This document shows, one piece after another, positions 33,875 to 37,612 of a stretch of DNA of 37,612 nucleotides (position 1 is its first letter; the number at the start of each line of letters is the position of its first letter). This stretch comes from a virus (taxonomy: Duplodnaviria; Caudoviricetes). The stretch covers positions 1-37,612 of the IMG/VR virus record IMGVR_UViG_3300043036_000344; one strand, 5' to 3'. The notes under the pieces are model-generated. The model saw only the letters and a program-made list of their open reading frames with translations, had not been told where the DNA came from and did no database searches. A program made the position numbers and the translations under genes.

Positions 33875-34045
33875 TCAATATTTATTCTGCTTTCTTACAG
33901 TACCGCACACAACACCTAAAGTAGGCGGTAGTTGTTTAACGAACACTGTTGTGCCGTCTAGGTGTTCAATAACCAGTGCTCCGGTACTATTACGTACCAT
34001 TGCTGCACCAGTTACTGCTAAGCTAGTTTCATAAGCTGTTTTCAT
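33875..34045 (-). CDS. 56 aa hypothetical protein
   Basis: AAGGA RBS; MKTAYETSLAVTGAAMVRNSTGALVIEHLDGTTVFVKQLP... Confidence 0.5.
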   Translation of the reverse strand: MKTAYETSLAVTGAAMVRNSTGALVIEHLDGTTVFVKQLPPTLGVVCGTVRKQNKY

Positions 34046-34058
34046 ATTAATCCTTTGT

Positions 34059-34133
34059 TGGTCCGGCGTACAGGAATCGAACCCATATTCACGACTTAGA
34101 AGATCGCTGTATTATCCATTATACGAACGCCAG
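34059..34133 (-). tRNA. tRNA-Arg(TCT)
   Basis: Loop CTTCTAA, CCA. Confidence 0.9.
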
Positions 34134-34137
34134 TTAA

Positions 34138-34563
34138 TTAAAACCAAAGAAACTCTTGTTCAAACATACGCACTAGATGTGGGTCATTGTAGTCGTAAAT
34201 ATCAGGAATATCCATGATATACGATTTTGCACGAATTTGATCGCACAAGTCATCCATGCCAACAAATACATCTAAGCTATCTAAATAGTTTGCCGCATTA
34301 ACAAAAACAATACGCTCAGCCCAGTTAATTAAATTGGCTGAAACTGGAATTAATGCATAGTTGGGATTTGAACCGGCCGACCTAGCATTGATTCCATTCT
34401 TGACGGCCACTGCCGCACCCGTTGGTGAGCGAAGCAAACCAGCGCTACATACAAACAACCAGCGAGGGCTGTTACCTTGATATTGGTTACTAAATGGGGC
34501 ATTTGTTTTAAAGATTGCGGCATTTTTAGTGCCAGTTGCAAACTCATTTAAGTTTTGATTCAT
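34138..34563 (-). CDS. low-molecular-weight protein tyrosine phosphatase-like protein
   Basis: LFVCSAGLLRSPT (CX5R), RSAG, DIPD. Confidence 0.82.
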   Translation of the reverse strand: MNQNLNEFATGTKNAAIFKTNAPFSNQYQGNSPRWLFVCSAGLLRSPTGAAVAVKNGINARSAGSNPNYALIPVSANLINWAERIVFVNAANYLDSLDVFVGMDDLCDQIRAKSYIMDIPDIYDYNDPHLVRMFEQEFLWF

Positions 34564-35560
34564 AATAGTCTACTAATGCTTTTGAGGCAATATTCTTTTG
34601 TTTTGATTCACACATTATATCTGCAACGGGCAAGAAAGTCAAGGCCCAATCATTCGATACTTGATTCCAGTAGTATTCACTATGGGCACGCAATTTAGCA
34701 TTGGTAAAGCCCGATGCTTTAAGCGTAGGCAGGTGCAAGCTAGTGTGTGTATCGTGATCGCCTACAACATCTTCACGGCTAACCGAATAGTGAATTGTAG
34801 GACGTACGCCCCGCCATGAATCAACGACACGTTTAAATCTGTCATCACTAGGCTCAATGTATTGACCGCCTGAATTAATCCAGTGGTGATGAATGTCTAA
34901 GACTAGTGCACAATCGTGTTCCAATTCTAGCGAACTATCTAAGCCCCAGGTAAACTCTGCATTTTCAATGGTTAAACAGTTACGTGCTTCTGGCGATAAA
35001 CGACGCAATGCAGCTTTAATACCATCCGGACCGCGTTTACCGCCGATGTGTACGTTACACTTAAAGTCTTGGAATTCACGGCCGTAACCCATGTAGCGGA
35101 TAAGGTCACAGTGATACTCAAATTCTACAATTGAATTCTCAACTACGTGGTCTTGCTCCGATGCCAACACGCAAAACTGTCCGGGATGGAACGAGAGTTT
35201 AATGTCTAGCTTGCGAGCACGTTCACCGATCTTGGATAAGTTAGATTCTAGGAAAGCGACTACATCCGGTTGGAAGTAGAAGGGCATCCAATCATCATGC
35301 GAATAGGCTGTTAGCAAGTCCGATGTGATTCTGAACATACGCTGCATAGGAGGCTGCTTGCCTACCCATTCAATCTGATTGGCTAGCGCGGTTACATTTG
35401 CACGCATCAAATCCCATAAACGCTCACGTGCACGATCAGGTGTCTGAGACGACAGCCATTTAATGGTTGTACCTGATTGATTCAGCTTAGGGTCTGCTTT
35501 AGACTCTGAAATTTGAATCTTGCAAGCAAAGCCAATGCGTTTGATATTTTGATTGAACAT
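34544..35560 (-). CDS. uvsE: UV damage endonuclease (UvsE/UvdE)
   Basis: RIGFAC, FRITSD, SFHPGQF, NVHIGG, TIEN, VLDIHHH, HYS, AHS, DIMCESK. Confidence 0.92.
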   Translation of the reverse strand: MFNQNIKRIGFACKIQISESKADPKLNQSGTTIKWLSSQTPDRARERLWDLMRANVTALANQIEWVGKQPPMQRMFRITSDLLTAYSHDDWMPFYFQPDVVAFLESNLSKIGERARKLDIKLSFHPGQFCVLASEQDHVVENSIVEFEYHCDLIRYMGYGREFQDFKCNVHIGGKRGPDGIKAALRRLSPEARNCLTIENAEFTWGLDSSLELEHDCALVLDIHHHWINSGGQYIEPSDDRFKRVVDSWRGVRPTIHYSVSREDVVGDHDTHTSLHLPTLKASGFTNAKLRAHSEYYWNQVSNDWALTFLPVADIMCESKQKNIASKALVDYYESKLK

Positions 35561-35625
35561 TTTGTAGTTATTTGTAGGTTAAGCGTTTATTATAACAATG
35601 TTTAACTACTTGTTCAAGTTTATAT

Positions 35626-35853
35626 TTATAAACCAGCGATTGTATAACAAGTCTGACAAATTTCGTTGCCGTCTAAGTCTTCAATTAATTTAACTGCCCA
35701 TATGTTGCAATTGTTGCACTGAGTACATTTTAGCTTGACATAGTCCACTTGTTCGGGGTCAATGCCTAGTTCATCGCATACTACAATAAAATTGCGACGG
35801 GTATTTAATAATTCTTTACGTAGTTGAGGATACATCTGGTTTGTAACGATCAT
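35626..35853 (-). CDS. hypothetical Zn-binding protein
   Basis: CNNC..CQTC. Confidence 0.6.
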   Translation of the reverse strand: MIVTNQMYPQLRKELLNTRRNFIVVCDELGIDPEQVDYVKLKCTQCNNCNIWAVKLIEDLDGNEICQTCYTIAGL

Positions 35854-36223
35854 CCAAGTGTGGATGAGTCTTTTGAAATTCTAAAAGGAACATAATACAG
35901 CACTGTGCATGGGCCAGGTGCGACAAGCCCGATTCAGGGTCAATGTCTTCACCGTCGTTAAACGCTGTAATATGTCGCATTGCTGCGGCTAAGGGTCGGC
36001 TCCAAGCGAAGCCTTTACGCCAGTTGTGTTCTGCATACTTGATAGCACCGAACTTTAATACTGCCGCGGTTTGATTCATTGCTTCTGTGCTTAGTAAGTT
36101 TAGTGGTAATTTGTCTGTGTCAAACTTTAAAGCAGTACCTGCGGGTATTTGTTGTTTTAGTTCTGGAACGCCAGTTACGGCGACTGTTTCTAGGTATTCT
36201 TGGATTGCTTGAGTGTTGGTCAT
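35816..36223 (-). CDS. dATP/dGTP diphosphohydrolase-domain protein (DUF5664-like)
   Basis: KFDTDK, FGAIKY..NWRKG, AAMRH, DPESGLSHLAHA. Confidence 0.82.
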   Translation of the reverse strand: MTNTQAIQEYLETVAVTGVPELKQQIPAGTALKFDTDKLPLNLLSTEAMNQTAAVLKFGAIKYAEHNWRKGFAWSRPLAAAMRHITAFNDGEDIDPESGLSHLAHAQCCIMFLLEFQKTHPHLDDRYKPDVSSTT

Positions 36224-36229
36224 AAGTTT

Positions 36230-36373
36230 TTAAGGTTTTTTGGGCATTACTAGGGCACATAGTTTCTCAGGCATTGTAACTTTTACGTCAATTTTTGGTT
36301 CCAGAGATTTCTGTTTACAATAAGACAAATATGCTTTGTACGCATGAATTCTTATATACTCACTAAATGTCAT
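36230..36373 (-). CDS. 47 aa hypothetical protein
   Basis: MTFSEYIRIHAYKAYLSYCKQKSLEPKIDV...; first ORF after the leftward promoter. Confidence 0.4.
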   Translation of the reverse strand: MTFSEYIRIHAYKAYLSYCKQKSLEPKIDVKVTMPEKLCALVMPKKP

Positions 36374-36399
36374 ATTTTATACCCAGGTTTGTTCGACCT

Positions 36400-36530
36400 A
36401 TAATTATAACATTTAAGCTGGACCACGTCAACAGTGAAATTTTTTGTACCATAAAACCCCTAGCTAAAATTTGAGTCTTGACGTTTTGTGGTAATTCATA
36501 TATAATCACACATCGCGCATTATTTATAAT
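36400..36530. promoter_or_regulatory. divergent promoter region
   Basis: Leftward TTGACG-N17-TATAAT at about 36403-36431; rightward TTGACG-N17-TATAAT at about 36478-36506. Confidence 0.7.
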
Positions 36531-36537
36531 TAGACAC

Positions 36538-36819
36538 ATGGACTTCTCAATCTTAACCCAAAGACTTACAAACGGCGACATTTATCAAGCTCAGGCAGAA
36601 GATGGCAGTACTTATCAAGTAAACCGCCCTCCGACCACAGTAATGTTAAGTGCCGCTAAAGCAATTAAACAATTAGTTGACCTGTATAACAACGATCAAG
36701 TTGTTATACAGAGTTTAAGCAAACAAATCCAAGATCTACTAAACGATAATGAACTTCTTAGACAAAATAAATCTACTTCAGAAGCTAGCACACAAATTGG
36801 ACCTGAACAAGGGCAGTGA
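36538..36819 (+). CDS. hypothetical protein with coiled-coil C-terminus
   Basis: Likely start MDFSI at 36538. Confidence 0.55.
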   Translation: MDFSILTQRLTNGDIYQAQAEDGSTYQVNRPPTTVMLSAAKAIKQLVDLYNNDQVVIQSLSKQIQDLLNDNELLRQNKSTSEASTQIGPEQGQ

Positions 36820-36860
36820 ACTGGAACAGCAGGCTTTTGATTGTATACTGGAGAATATCT

Positions 36861-37322
36861 ATGAACAAAATAAAAGCAAGTTTGCTGGCTCTATTGTGCT
36901 TCACAACCACAAACCTGAGCCTGGCAACCAGCAATGGACAAACTGTCAAAACCTCTGTACGGGACATATCATGCCTAGCAACCAACATTTACCACGAGGC
37001 TCGATCGGAACCAATTAAGGGTCAGATTGCGGTAGCGCAGGTCACTGTTAATCGTGTTAAAAATAAAAAGCAGTTCGCTAATACTGTGTGTGGCGTAGTT
37101 TTTGAGCGCGCACAGTTCTCGTGGACACTTGGAAAGCCCAAGCAAGTAACAGACGCTAAAGCATGGAAAACGGCTGTTGATGTTGCTAAAGTTGTATTAA
37201 CACAATCACACCAACTTCCCAAGTTTAATGCTTTATTCTACCACACTACTAAAATAAAACCTCGTTGGGCTAAAAAGAAGCGTATTTTAACCACGATTGG
37301 TAATCACGTATTTTATGGCTAA
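36861..37322 (+). CDS. SleB/Hydrolase_2 cell wall hydrolase
   Basis: CLATNIYHEARSE, GQIAVAQVTVNRV, VCGVV..QFSW, IGNHVFY; GGAG RBS; signal peptide. Confidence 0.92.
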   Translation: MNKIKASLLALLCFTTTNLSLATSNGQTVKTSVRDISCLATNIYHEARSEPIKGQIAVAQVTVNRVKNKKQFANTVCGVVFERAQFSWTLGKPKQVTDAKAWKTAVDVAKVVLTQSHQLPKFNALFYHTTKIKPRWAKKKRILTTIGNHVFYG

Positions 37323-37324
37323 TC

Positions 37325-37361
37325 AAGGCCGGCACGCTTTTTTTGGGCTTGCCGGCCTTTT
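37325..37361 (+). terminator. rho-independent terminator
   Basis: AAGGCCGGCA..TGCCGGCCTT followed by TT. Confidence 0.7.
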
Positions 37362-37399
37362 GTCTTTGTGATATAATAAAGGCTTAAATAAGGAATAAT

Positions 37400-37612
37400 A
37401 TGCAACAATTAATCGGAAATCGCATTCAAACCCCCGACGGTACCATTCTTCAAAGTTTCAACCGTCACGACTACAAAGAGCATCTAGATGCTAATGGTGA
37501 GGTTTACATTGTTGACGGTGGTTTGGAATACCAACGACGTTCGCTTAACCAAGAGCCTGCTACAGATCTTTCAGTATACGTAGGTGACGATCACACACAT
37601 ATTCGCACAGCT
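37400..37612 (+). CDS. hypothetical protein, truncated at window edge
   Basis: AAGGA RBS; MQQLIGNRIQTPDGTILQSFNRHDY..VDGGLEYQRR. Confidence 0.7.
   Translation, partial: MQQLIGNRIQTPDGTILQSFNRHDYKEHLDANGEVYIVDGGLEYQRRSLNQEPATDLSVYVGDDHTHIRTA

Noticed and set aside
1540-35087. Numerous plus-strand and alternate-frame ORFs in the six-frame track
   Set aside because: They are antisense to or nested within well-supported genes or tRNAs, without RBS or recognisable motifs (e.g. 6597-7142, 11584-11973, 23196-23590, 24049-24291, 30444-30671)
94-37322. Alternative genetic code or stop-codon reassignment suggested by the large tRNA set
   Set aside because: Core genes are full length in the standard code, TAA/TAG/TGA all act as stops and no suppressor anticodon was found

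Overview
Fragment of a T5-like (Demerecviridae-like) lytic phage genome, roughly 40% GC by eye, transcribed almost entirely from the minus strand. The host cannot be assigned from this window. Bases 1-20 kb hold the T5-type replication/recombination block: D15 flap endonuclease, D14, D13/D12 SbcCD-like nuclease, D11, D10 helicase, family A polymerase, primase, DnaB-like helicase, D5, split NAD-dependent ligase, PC4-like protein, D2 and D3. Bases 21-34 kb are a large RNA cluster with 26 apparently intact tRNA genes covering all 20 amino acids. The cluster also carries a circularly permuted two-piece tmRNA (tag ANDNVFALAA) directly upstream of a ClpP-like protease, several aberrant tRNA-like RNAs and an HNH cassette that truncates a tRNA. 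The most notable element is a Ro60/TROVE gene accompanied by five copies of a shared structured ncRNA scaffold with divergent sequence but covarying stems and a fixed G-N-UAC(U/A)UC ... AUUC core, a candidate Y-RNA-like family. The right end encodes a LMW phosphatase, a UV-damage endonuclease, a dATP/dGTP diphosphohydrolase-like protein and, divergently, a SleB-type cell wall hydrolase. All product calls come from motif recognition and synteny, not from database searches.
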